DNA of 64,000 nt from Promethearchaeota archaeon (GTDB lineage Archaea > Asgardarchaeota > Lokiarchaeia > Sigyniarchaeales > SOKP01): positions 114,566-178,565 of the forward strand of contig JBHLOY010000007.1 in NCBI GenBank assembly GCA_048939995.1. Direction: 5' to 3'. Below, one piece after another: positions 10,396 to 18,869 of the stretch. A program made the translations under genes and the position numbers. Each line of letters starts with the position of its first letter. The first letter of the stretch is position 1. The notes under the pieces are model-generated. The model saw nothing but the letters and a program-made list of their open reading frames with translations, ran no database searches and was not told the DNA's origin.

Positions 10396-11763
10396 TTGAC
10401 AATAGCATTTAAAAACAATGATGAAAAAGAGGTTGAACGGTTTGTATCTATAAATATATACTCTACTCCACACATTAATGGAATTAAAGGGGTTTATAAA
10501 AATACATCTAAAGATTTTATTGTCAAGGAAATTGATGAAAAAGGTAATATACTTCGGCTAAAGCAAGATAATACCCGGGTCTCATTTTCAGAAGACTCGA
10601 AAGATAGATTTACGACTTTTAATCTTATCAAAATAAACAAGGAAACTTTTGAAGCGATTGAACTCATAAGTAATGCGCTAAATATACCAGTTGATATGAT
10701 TTTTTATTCAGGATTAAAAGATAAATGTTCAGTAAGTGTTCAGAGACTATCGATAAAAGGAAATTATATTGATAGGTTAAGAAAGTTAAAAATCAGAGAT
10801 ATTTTTATAAAAAATATACATCCCTCAAGAAGATCGGTAAAACTAGGAAGTCATTGGGGTAATCACTTTATAATTGTAATTAGAAATATTGAAAATGATA
10901 ATAACCCCTTAAAAAGAATCCAAAAAATCTTTAAAATACTCCAAAATCAAGGATTTCCCAACTATTTTGGGTTGCAGAGGTTTGGTACTTTTAGACCAAA
11001 CTCTCATCTTATTGGAAAATATTTATTAGAACAAAAGTATAAAGAAGCTTTTGATGAGTATGTAATCAACTCATATTCTACAGAGGTAGATTTCTCGCAA
11101 AAAATTCGTACCGAGTTACGTAAAACTGGTGATTTTGTTAAGGCTTTTAATAATTTTCCTGCTAGTTTAAACTACGAAAAGATGATGATTAAATATTTAA
11201 TTGAAAATCAAGAAGATTATAAGGGAGCAATAAACCAATTACCCATTTATTTGAAGAAATTACTAATTAGTTCTTTTCAATCTTATCTATTTAATAGAAT
11301 GTTATCCTTGAGGGTTAAAAAAGGATATTCTCTATTTAAACCTATTAAAGGGGATGTAATTTGCATTTTAGATGATGTTAATGGACATTATACCCAAATT
11401 GTTTATAAATATGGAGCAAATTATGATAAACATCTAAATGAAGCCTTGAGGTTAAATCGAGCAGCAATAGTAATCCCATTAATTGGATATGATACGAATC
11501 TAAACGATTTCCCACTAATGAACGAGTTAGTTAAAGAAATATATAGAATGGAGAATATAGATGTGGATATATTTAATAATGAACTACTAAAAGAATATGA
11601 ATTTAAAGGAACTTTTCGGCCGATGATTACTAAACCGAATAGTTTGAAACTTTTAGAATTTGCTAAAGATGAATTATTTCAAGAGAAGATGAAATTAAAA
11701 TTAGAATTTTCACTCCAACGGGGATCTTATGCAACTATGTTATTAAGGGAATTAATGAAATAA
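10396..11763 (+). CDS. truD: tRNA pseudouridine(13) synthase
   Basis: GLKDK, GNHF, PNYFGLQRFG, GSYATMLLRE. Confidence 0.95.
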   Translation: MTIAFKNNDEKEVERFVSINIYSTPHINGIKGVYKNTSKDFIVKEIDEKGNILRLKQDNTRVSFSEDSKDRFTTFNLIKINKETFEAIELISNALNIPVDMIFYSGLKDKCSVSVQRLSIKGNYIDRLRKLKIRDIFIKNIHPSRRSVKLGSHWGNHFIIVIRNIENDNNPLKRIQKIFKILQNQGFPNYFGLQRFGTFRPNSHLIGKYLLEQKYKEAFDEYVINSYSTEVDFSQKIRTELRKTGDFVKAFNNFPASLNYEKMMIKYLIENQEDYKGAINQLPIYLKKLLISSFQSYLFNRMLSLRVKKGYSLFKPIKGDVICILDDVNGHYTQIVYKYGANYDKHLNEALRLNRAAIVIPLIGYDTNLNDFPLMNELVKEIYRMENIDVDIFNNELLKEYEFKGTFRPMITKPNSLKLLEFAKDELFQEKMKLKLEFSLQRGSYATMLLRELMK

Positions 11764-11764
11764 T

Positions 11765-13297
11765 TCACTTAATATCTAAAATATAATCTTGATTACTCTC
11801 TTGTCCAAAAATATTAATTACTTTTACTTGGATTTGATATTTCGTTGAATTTTCGTAAGAATAAGGTGTTGTAACTAAATTAATTTCCCTATTTTTTGGT
11901 GTTTTGTAGGAATACCAGTCATTTTTAAAACTATTATCATTATGATTAAAATCTACAGCCCAATAATCAATTAAATCATGAAATGAAGTTATTTTTTCCT
12001 TAATCCTCTTAGATAGCAGTTCTAGATATGGTAAATGATAGTTTTTCAATTTTATACTGACTTTTTTATGATCAATGGAGATGTCTATATCGAAACTAGG
12101 AGCTTGTTTTATTTTAGAGTTAGTTTTAAACTCATTCTTCAAAAAATTTCTAGGGAGGAAATTATTAGGGTCTTCATTATTCAAATATATTAATTCAAAA
12201 GGTTGATAAGATTTATCATAATTCCTATTCCAACTAAATAGGTCATTACTTTTTGAAATGTCAAGTAATCTCTTTCTTGTAATATGAATTGCGTGATTAG
12301 CTAAATCACAACCTATCCACCGTCGACCAAGTTTTTCTGCTACTATAAGAGTTGTACCAGTTCCACAGAAAAAGTCTGCTACAAGTCCATTTTCATTTGA
12401 AGAGGATAGTATAATTCGTTTCAACAATCTTTCAGGCTTTTGAGTCGAAAAGCCTTGATATTCTGTTGTATTGGCTCTAACATAGGGAATATCATTCCAC
12501 ACATCTCTGGGAAAAATACCATCTTCTTTAACATACACTTTTCGTGATAGTTTTTTCCCATCATGACTTCCGCCTCTATAATAAAATAATCCTTTCTCGT
12601 CTTTTTTCAAAGCATTCTTAACGCGATCTGAGTATTCCATATAAATATTAGGGTCATCATTAAAGATGTAATCTTCTGATTTGGTGTAAAACAGAACCGT
12701 ATCGTAAGATCTAATAAAAAATCTTCTAGTTTGCGCTGAAGCTGCTGGATATGACCATATAATTTCATTTCTAAAATTTTCATTTCCAAAGATTTCATCC
12801 AAAATTATTTTTATATAATGGCTTACGTGCCAATCTAAATGGACATAAATACTTCCACTCTCTGAGAGTAATTGTTTCATCAAGTTCAATCTAACATATA
12901 AAAAATTTAAATAGGACTCTAAACCTTCTCTCCATGTATCTGAGTAGGCTTTAGTAGATTCATTAAAACTATTCCCACCAAAATATATTTTATAAGAAAA
13001 ATTTCCTCCAGTAGCAAATGGAGGGTCAATATAGATAAGATTAATTTTGCTAGAAAAATCTTTTAGCAAAATTCTCATAATTTGTTCATTTTCTCCGCAA
13101 ATTAGAAGATTATTCCAAGTTAATCGATCATTTCTTTCCTTAAAATTATGATTATACCTATCAAGAGTAGCAGAATTATGAGACTTGATTTCTCGGAAAG
13201 AATCCTTATAATTGCTATTCAAACTCGATAAATTGATTAATCCTTTTTTACCTTTCCATATTAAATTTGGCATAGTTAATCCCTTATAAGATAACAA
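11765..13297 (-). CDS. site-specific DNA methyltransferase (N6-A/N4-C, beta class, Mod-like)
   Basis: IYIDPPF catalytic motif precedes TQKPE and the DFFCGTGTT SAM motif. Confidence 0.9.
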   Translation of the reverse strand: MLSYKGLTMPNLIWKGKKGLINLSSLNSNYKDSFREIKSHNSATLDRYNHNFKERNDRLTWNNLLICGENEQIMRILLKDFSSKINLIYIDPPFATGGNFSYKIYFGGNSFNESTKAYSDTWREGLESYLNFLYVRLNLMKQLLSESGSIYVHLDWHVSHYIKIILDEIFGNENFRNEIIWSYPAASAQTRRFFIRSYDTVLFYTKSEDYIFNDDPNIYMEYSDRVKNALKKDEKGLFYYRGGSHDGKKLSRKVYVKEDGIFPRDVWNDIPYVRANTTEYQGFSTQKPERLLKRIILSSSNENGLVADFFCGTGTTLIVAEKLGRRWIGCDLANHAIHITRKRLLDISKSNDLFSWNRNYDKSYQPFELIYLNNEDPNNFLPRNFLKNEFKTNSKIKQAPSFDIDISIDHKKVSIKLKNYHLPYLELLSKRIKEKITSFHDLIDYWAVDFNHNDNSFKNDWYSYKTPKNREINLVTTPYSYENSTKYQIQVKVINIFGQESNQDYILDIK

Positions 13298-13361
13298 AAA
13301 ATTTATTATTAATTTCCTTTACAAATTTAATTTAGATTATAATTATGTAAAAATAGAAGAA

Positions 13362-14684
13362 ATGACATTGGATGAATTAGGAGATTGGAGGAAAACCCAT
13401 TATACTAAGGATATTACTCCAAAACTAGCAGATAAAGAAGTTATTATAGGAGGATGGGTAAGAAATTTCCGAGATCTTGGGGGCTTAAAATTCATAAATC
13501 TCCAAGACAAATATGGGGAACGTCAAATTACTCTCAAAAAAGGAGTGATCTCTGACAAGTTATTTGAAAAAGCAAAATTAAGTTATCAGTATTGCATAAT
13601 GGTAAAAGGAATTGTTAAAAAGTTTAAAAATGCTCCTGGGGGAATAGAAATTATCCCCAATGAATTAAAGATATTAAATATAACACCTGAAAAACTCCCC
13701 ATTGATATGACTGGTGAAACAAATTCAGAATTAGATCTTAGGTTAAATAATCGCGCTTTAGATTTAAGATCCTTGAGAAATCAAGCAATTTTCGATATAA
13801 GGGGTGAAGTAATAAGATCTAGCAGAATCTTTTTGCTTGAAAGAGACTTTACAGAAATTACTACTCCCAAAATAATAGGATCCGCTACTGAAGGCGGTAC
13901 AGAATTGTTCCCAATTATGTATTTTGATAAAGAAGCATTTTTGACACAATCTGCTCAATTATATAAAGAACAATTAAGTGGAGCATATGAGAGAGTCTTT
14001 GAAATTAGTCCTTGCTTTCGAGCAGAAAAAAGTCGTACTAAAAGACACATTTGTGAGATTTATACATTAGATGTGGAAATGGCTTTTGTAGATATGTATG
14101 ATGTCCTTAATACTTTGGAAGAATTAGTTCATAACGTAATCATGAATCTCAGGAAAAATAAAATGGCTGCTTTGAAATTCCTCAAAATGGACAATAACAC
14201 TATTATTCCAGAGATACCCCTCCCAAGATACACTTATGATGAAATTTTAGACCTACTACACGAAAAGTTCGCAATTACTATAGAATGGGGGGAAGATATT
14301 TCAACTGAAGCATACCGTAAATTGGGAGAAGAGATAGAAGGATACTATTATATAACTCATTGGCCAATGTCGATAAAACCATTTTATATTATGCCATCAA
14401 AAAACACTAAATATAGTGAATCATTCGATTTACAAATGGGATGGCTTGAATTAACCTCTGGAGGAACTAGAGTACATAATAAAGAAAGACTTGTTTCAGC
14501 ACTTGAGGAAAAAGGATTAAATCCTCTTTCATTTGAAACACATCTAAATACTTTTGGTTTTGGGATGCCTCCCCATGCTGGCTTTGGATTGGGGATAGCA
14601 CGGTGGGTAACTTACTTATGTGGTTTAGATGATATAAGAGAAGCGGTAATGTATCCAAGAACTCCAGATCGTTTGAACCCTTAA
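13362..14684 (+). CDS. aspS: aspartyl-tRNA synthetase, probably non-discriminating Asp/Asn type
   Basis: OB fold with APGG loop, TEGG, QSAQLYK, FRAE, GMPPHAG. Confidence 0.93.
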   Translation: MTLDELGDWRKTHYTKDITPKLADKEVIIGGWVRNFRDLGGLKFINLQDKYGERQITLKKGVISDKLFEKAKLSYQYCIMVKGIVKKFKNAPGGIEIIPNELKILNITPEKLPIDMTGETNSELDLRLNNRALDLRSLRNQAIFDIRGEVIRSSRIFLLERDFTEITTPKIIGSATEGGTELFPIMYFDKEAFLTQSAQLYKEQLSGAYERVFEISPCFRAEKSRTKRHICEIYTLDVEMAFVDMYDVLNTLEELVHNVIMNLRKNKMAALKFLKMDNNTIIPEIPLPRYTYDEILDLLHEKFAITIEWGEDISTEAYRKLGEEIEGYYYITHWPMSIKPFYIMPSKNTKYSESFDLQMGWLELTSGGTRVHNKERLVSALEEKGLNPLSFETHLNTFGFGMPPHAGFGLGIARWVTYLCGLDDIREAVMYPRTPDRLNP

Positions 14685-14715
14685 TTTATTTTTAACCACA
14701 AACTACTAATTAATT

Positions 14716-15633
14716 ATGGATGAAGATTGGAAAAAATCCTATATTAAAGCTGGTAAGGCTGTAATTGCTGCAAAGAAATTAGCTCAAAAGATTGTAAAAC
14801 CTGGGTTGTTGTTTTTGGACTTAGCAACTAAATGTGAAGATGAAATTTTAAACCAGGGATGTAAATTAGCCTTTCCTATAAATATTTCCTTAAATGAAAT
14901 CGCAGCTCATTATAGTCCTACCATTGACGATGAAAAGATTATACCTGCTAAAGGATTGTTGAAGATTGATTTAGGGGCTCATTATGAAGGTTATATTGCG
15001 GATTCTGCTTTTACCATTAATATTAATAATGATAAAGTTCTTAAAAATTACATTGATGCTGCTGTTGAAAGCCTTGAAGCAGCAATTGCTAAATTTAAAC
15101 CAGGAACTAAGCTATATGAATTAGGAGAAGTCATCGCTGATAAGATCATAAATCATGGATTAAGACCAATTGTTAATCTTGGGGGTCATGAATTAAAGAG
15201 ATATAATTTGCATGCTGGCCCATTTATACCAAATTTTCGAGACACTAGTCATAATCAAATATTAAAAATAGGTGATTCTTACGCGTGCGAGCCATTTGCG
15301 ACATCTGGAGTGGGCAAAGTTATGAATGGAAATGAATCTTATATATATAGATTTGTTAGAAAAGCCAAAAAAGATATGTCTTATAAAGATTTAGATATTA
15401 TGAAAAAGATTGAGAATATTACGCAACGTCTTCCTTTTTCTCCTCGATTGTTAGAAAAAAATGGAATTGAAAAACAAGAAATTAATAACATCATTAATAA
15501 ATTCTTACGAAAAAAAATTCTTGATAATTATCCCATATTGATAGAAAGATCAGGTGAACCTGTAGCCCAACAAGAACATACAATTATTATAGATATGGAT
15601 GGAAATCCAATTGTCATCACACGAGAAGAGTAA
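14716..15633 (+). CDS. map: methionine aminopeptidase type II
   Basis: AFP..IS.NEIAAHY, KIDLG, IADSA, NLGGH, EPF, EHT. Confidence 0.95.
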   Translation: MDEDWKKSYIKAGKAVIAAKKLAQKIVKPGLLFLDLATKCEDEILNQGCKLAFPINISLNEIAAHYSPTIDDEKIIPAKGLLKIDLGAHYEGYIADSAFTININNDKVLKNYIDAAVESLEAAIAKFKPGTKLYELGEVIADKIINHGLRPIVNLGGHELKRYNLHAGPFIPNFRDTSHNQILKIGDSYACEPFATSGVGKVMNGNESYIYRFVRKAKKDMSYKDLDIMKKIENITQRLPFSPRLLEKNGIEKQEINNIINKFLRKKILDNYPILIERSGEPVAQQEHTIIIDMDGNPIVITREE

Positions 15634-16474
15634 AGAAAAAGAGTTAATTCCTGTTATTTTATGTGCAGGAGAGGGAACTAGGTATGGAAAACTTACTCAA
15701 AATTTACCTAAACCTCTAATCCAGTTGAAATTATTAAACAATGAGTCGATACTCTCTTATTTAATTAAAAATCTTTTATCTTTACATCTCAAAAAAGTTG
15801 TTATAATTACTGGGTATTTAAATGAAAAAATTGAATTTTCTGTGAATTTAATGAAAAAGGACTCAAATAACAAAGGTAAATTAGTTCTGATTCATTCTGG
15901 AAAACAATACAAGAAAGGCCCTCTCTTTTCCTTACTTTCCATAGTTCAAAATAAAGAAATATATGCAAAAAATAATATATTTATTATTTTTCCCGGAGAT
16001 ACTATTTTCGAAATACAATTACTGAAAGAAGTCTTCGATTTTATTTATAAAAGGATAACAGTTTTTACCAAACCTTGTATTTTTTTCCAAGAAATTTATC
16101 ATTTAAATGACTATTTAAAAATTGATAAATCTAATCCTAAACTTGTATCTATAATAGAATCTGAAGATTCTAAGAGTGGAAGAATAGTTAAAGAAATTAA
16201 AAAGATTGATTTGAATTTAATTTCAAAAGGGTCTCTCATAAATTTGGCTGTCCCTATTCTAGTTTTTAATTTTAAATTTATAAAGATTTTGCATAAACTT
16301 TCTGAGAGTAATCCCGTAGGAGAAATAAGAGAAACTTTGAATATTTACTTAAAGCAAAATCAAAGGATTATTTCTAAAAAATTAAATTCGAAATATAAGT
16401 TTTATGATATTGATACGTCTGAAGACTTAAATTATTTTAATCAGATCAAAAAAAAAGAAAAAGGTGGACAATAG
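15599..16474 (+). CDS. NTP-transferase (sugar-phosphate nucleotidyltransferase family)
   Basis: ILCAGEGTR...PKPL, DIDT. Confidence 0.85.
   Translation: MEIQLSSHEKSKEKELIPVILCAGEGTRYGKLTQNLPKPLIQLKLLNNESILSYLIKNLLSLHLKKVVIITGYLNEKIEFSVNLMKKDSNNKGKLVLIHSGKQYKKGPLFSLLSIVQNKEIYAKNNIFIIFPGDTIFEIQLLKEVFDFIYKRITVFTKPCIFFQEIYHLNDYLKIDKSNPKLVSIIESEDSKSGRIVKEIKKIDLNLISKGSLINLAVPILVFNFKFIKILHKLSESNPVGEIRETLNIYLKQNQRIISKKLNSKYKFYDIDTSEDLNYFNQIKKKEKGGQ
16448..16462 (-). terminator. oligo-U terminator of candidate ncRNA
   Basis: Minus strand TTTTTCTTTTTTTTT immediately after the 3' arm of the terminal helix. Confidence 0.65.
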
Positions 16475-16910
16475 TAGCTCCGATAACCTCCGAAGAAATG
16501 TTTCAAAGGAATCAAGAATTCCTATGAATTCTCTCCTGGATCAAAGCTTCTATTGGGAAAACAGAACTTTTTAAAAGAGCATTTTTGTTTTGTTGTCTCG
16601 AGTATCAAAAAAACCACTCAACACCACAAGAACTCATTTAATAATTGCTCCTCAGATTAATTTATTCTCTCAACGTAAAAACTCATAATTGCTCCAGAGT
16701 ATTAATTATTACAATTTACGAGTGTTTGTATAAAAACCTTAAGGAATGAATGTAATTCAAATATTAAACAACTGGATTCAATGTCTTCATTAAATCCTTT
16801 TGTACCAAAAAAAAAATCATTGTTGTTGTTTTACTTACTAGGTGGTCACAACTTTTTCAGTAGAGGGACCGTATTAATTGTATCTAAATCCAATGCAATA
16901 CTATTGTCCA
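16463..16910 (-). ncRNA. candidate ~450-nt structured non-coding RNA of unknown class
   Basis: No long ORF. 12-bp terminal helix (16899-16910 with 16465-16476), several hairpins whose imperfect pairs are G-U only on the minus strand, a cUUCGg loop, an upstream BRE/TATA and a downstream U-tract. Confidence 0.7.
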
Positions 16911-16932
16911 ATAAATTAAATGGTGAATTGAC

Positions 16933-16946
16933 TATTTAAATCTTTT
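16933..16946 (-). promoter_or_regulatory. BRE + TATA box of candidate ncRNA
   Basis: Minus strand AAAAGA-TTTAAATA ending 22 nt before the 5' arm of the terminal helix, which is canonical archaeal spacing. Confidence 0.65.
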
Positions 16947-17022
16947 TATTAACATAAATTATGAACTATACATATGCAATTAAGAAAATTTGAAATATCA
17001 AAATTGATTTTATAAATAAATC

Positions 17023-17418
17023 ATGTCTGATAGTGGAGAAATCCCAATTAAAATTGATCTATTTGGAATTGGTACTTTAGAGGCACATATTAATAGATAT
17101 TTTGCTCCTTTATCTGCTGATGCGATTTTAGATAAATTACCTCTTAATCTAAGAGGAAGATTTAGTTTTGGATCAAAAAAACATTGGATACTTCCGGGGG
17201 TAGAAATATTTAAAGGAACGAATCCAAAATCTAAAAATGAAGTAGACAAGGGTGATATAATTTATAATCCAAAAGCAGATGAATTAATAATGGTCATAGA
17301 AACGTCTTTAATGCCGAATAAAGTAAATTTGATCGGAAAAATATTCAGCAATCTTGATCTTCTATTAAAAGCTAGGAATGGATTAAACACGAAAATCTAT
17401 AAGGCTTCTAGAAAATAA
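17023..17418 (+). CDS. cyclophilin-like fold protein (TM1367/DUF369-like)
   Basis: AP.SA.AI...LP, GDIIYNP, VNLIGKI. Confidence 0.7.
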   Translation: MSDSGEIPIKIDLFGIGTLEAHINRYFAPLSADAILDKLPLNLRGRFSFGSKKHWILPGVEIFKGTNPKSKNEVDKGDIIYNPKADELIMVIETSLMPNKVNLIGKIFSNLDLLLKARNGLNTKIYKASRK

Positions 17419-17432
17419 CGGAAATAAATATT

Positions 17433-18251
17433 ATGTTAGTATCAAAAAAGTTAACGATTGTATTCATTATTTTTTATTTGGCCACAATTATATACCTTTT
17501 ATTATTTCTAACGGTTCCAGTAATACAAGAAGCAATTATTCAATCAAGAAGAAATATATACCTAATAACAGAAGGATCAAACTATATCTTAGCATTATTA
17601 ATTTCGTTCTTTATTTGCTTAATTGGAAATGCTAGTGTAGGATTCCCTATACCCTATCCCTTTATTCTTTTATCTTTTTCGAATTCTATCTATTCAAATT
17701 TTGAAACTTTAGGTTTAACCATTGGAGGAATCTTAACTAATGGATATTTTTGGTTAGAGATATTGGGTATTGCAATTGTAGGAGGATTAGGTAGTGCTCT
17801 AGGAGAACTAGTTAGTCTTTTAATTGGAAAAGGAGCAAAGAAGATTGCTAAGAAAAGTACAAGTAAAACTTTGAAAAATGTTCAAGGTTTTGGTAAAATA
17901 ATTTTAGAACATCCCAAAACCATGTATTTATATATATTTATTGCTGCAGCATTACCCATTCCTGATGATCCCTTATGGATTGCTTTAGGTATGTCAGAAA
18001 AGCGTATAAATTTTCATAAATGTCTAATTTCAGCATGGATGGGGAAGAATATAACCACTTTATTCTATGCATTCCTACCTATATTAGTTCTATTTGGTGT
18101 AAATGCAACTGGTATAGAAATAGGAGATCTTTCAAGTGCAATAATAGAGGTTGTACTTCTATTAATTACTTTAACCTTAATGTATTTTATTATGACGTTC
18201 GATTGGACTAAACTTCTTGAAAAAAATAAGGAACGTAAACTGAAAACTTAA
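17433..18251 (+). CDS. DedA/VTT (SNARE-associated)-like membrane protein
   Basis: GSALGEL..L.IG.G, AALPIPDD...GK. Confidence 0.75.
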   Translation: MLVSKKLTIVFIIFYLATIIYLLLFLTVPVIQEAIIQSRRNIYLITEGSNYILALLISFFICLIGNASVGFPIPYPFILLSFSNSIYSNFETLGLTIGGILTNGYFWLEILGIAIVGGLGSALGELVSLLIGKGAKKIAKKSTSKTLKNVQGFGKIILEHPKTMYLYIFIAAALPIPDDPLWIALGMSEKRINFHKCLISAWMGKNITTLFYAFLPILVLFGVNATGIEIGDLSSAIIEVVLLLITLTLMYFIMTFDWTKLLEKNKERKLKT

Positions 18252-18257
18252 TATTTG

Positions 18258-18422
18258 TTATTTATTGTTATTTAAGCAGTTTTTACAAACAAAAATTACT
18301 TTTTCCTTTTTTTTTGAATTCTCATCATAATAAATTCTTTTATATATGAAATTCTTGCAAACTTCACAAATCGCAGAAGTTCTGGTTTCTCCTAATAATG
18401 GACCTAATTTATCAAATGACAT
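18258..18422 (-). CDS. small zinc-finger protein, 54 aa (not in ORF track)
   Basis: MSFDKLGPLLGETRTSAICEVCKNFIYKRIYYDENSKKKEKVIFVCKNCLNNNK*, two CxxC, starting 7 nt after the alba stop. Confidence 0.8.
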   Translation of the reverse strand: MSFDKLGPLLGETRTSAICEVCKNFIYKRIYYDENSKKKEKVIFVCKNCLNNNK

Positions 18423-18429
18423 TATAAAA

Positions 18430-18747
18430 CTATAGATTTAATTTTGAAAGAGTTATTTCAATGTTGGAAATTATATCTTTTTTTTGCTGAGGTTTTTGTC
18501 TATTTTTATATCTATGTTGTTTATGATTATAATACGGGCGACTTCCTAATGATATATTGGCAATTTCTATATTTGGGTACATTCTATGTTTCAAAATTTC
18601 AGCCACTTCAACTGCGGTTGAGATTTCATTCCCCTCTCCTTTTATCATTAAAGATTTGGTTCCTCCTGAAAAAGCAAAAATAGCATTTTTAATTGTTTTA
18701 TCTTTATCAGAGCGATTTTTTATTATTAGTGTAGTATCATTAGCCAT
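18430..18747 (-). CDS. Alba-family nucleic acid-binding protein (divergent)
   Basis: IKGEGNEISTAVEVAEI...I.LGS...ISNIEITL. Confidence 0.85.
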   Translation of the reverse strand: MANDTTLIIKNRSDKDKTIKNAIFAFSGGTKSLMIKGEGNEISTAVEVAEILKHRMYPNIEIANISLGSRPYYNHKQHRYKNRQKPQQKKDIISNIEITLSKLNL

Positions 18748-18869
18748 AGAAGAACCTTCTCAATAAAATAAATAGGAATGATTAAAAAGAAGTCTAATTA
18801 GTTATTATTTACCAATAAATATAAAATTTGTTCAAATTATTTATGTGATTTATTCTCAAAATAAAATTC

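Noticed and set aside
16641-16695. CRISPR mini-array
   Set aside because: Only two 11-nt copies, too short for CRISPR repeats, and no cas genes.
16465-16910. MITE interpretation of the 12-bp inverted repeat
   Set aside because: There is no target-site duplication (flanks AAAGG and ATAAA) and no second copy or transposase in the window. A promoter and terminator sit immediately outside the repeat. Disfavoured but not excluded.
16463-16910. RNase P RNA, SRP RNA or 5S rRNA assignment
   Set aside because: No GAGGAAAGUCC/P4 core, SRP helix-8 motif or 5S signature could be found by eye on either strand; needs cmscan to be final.
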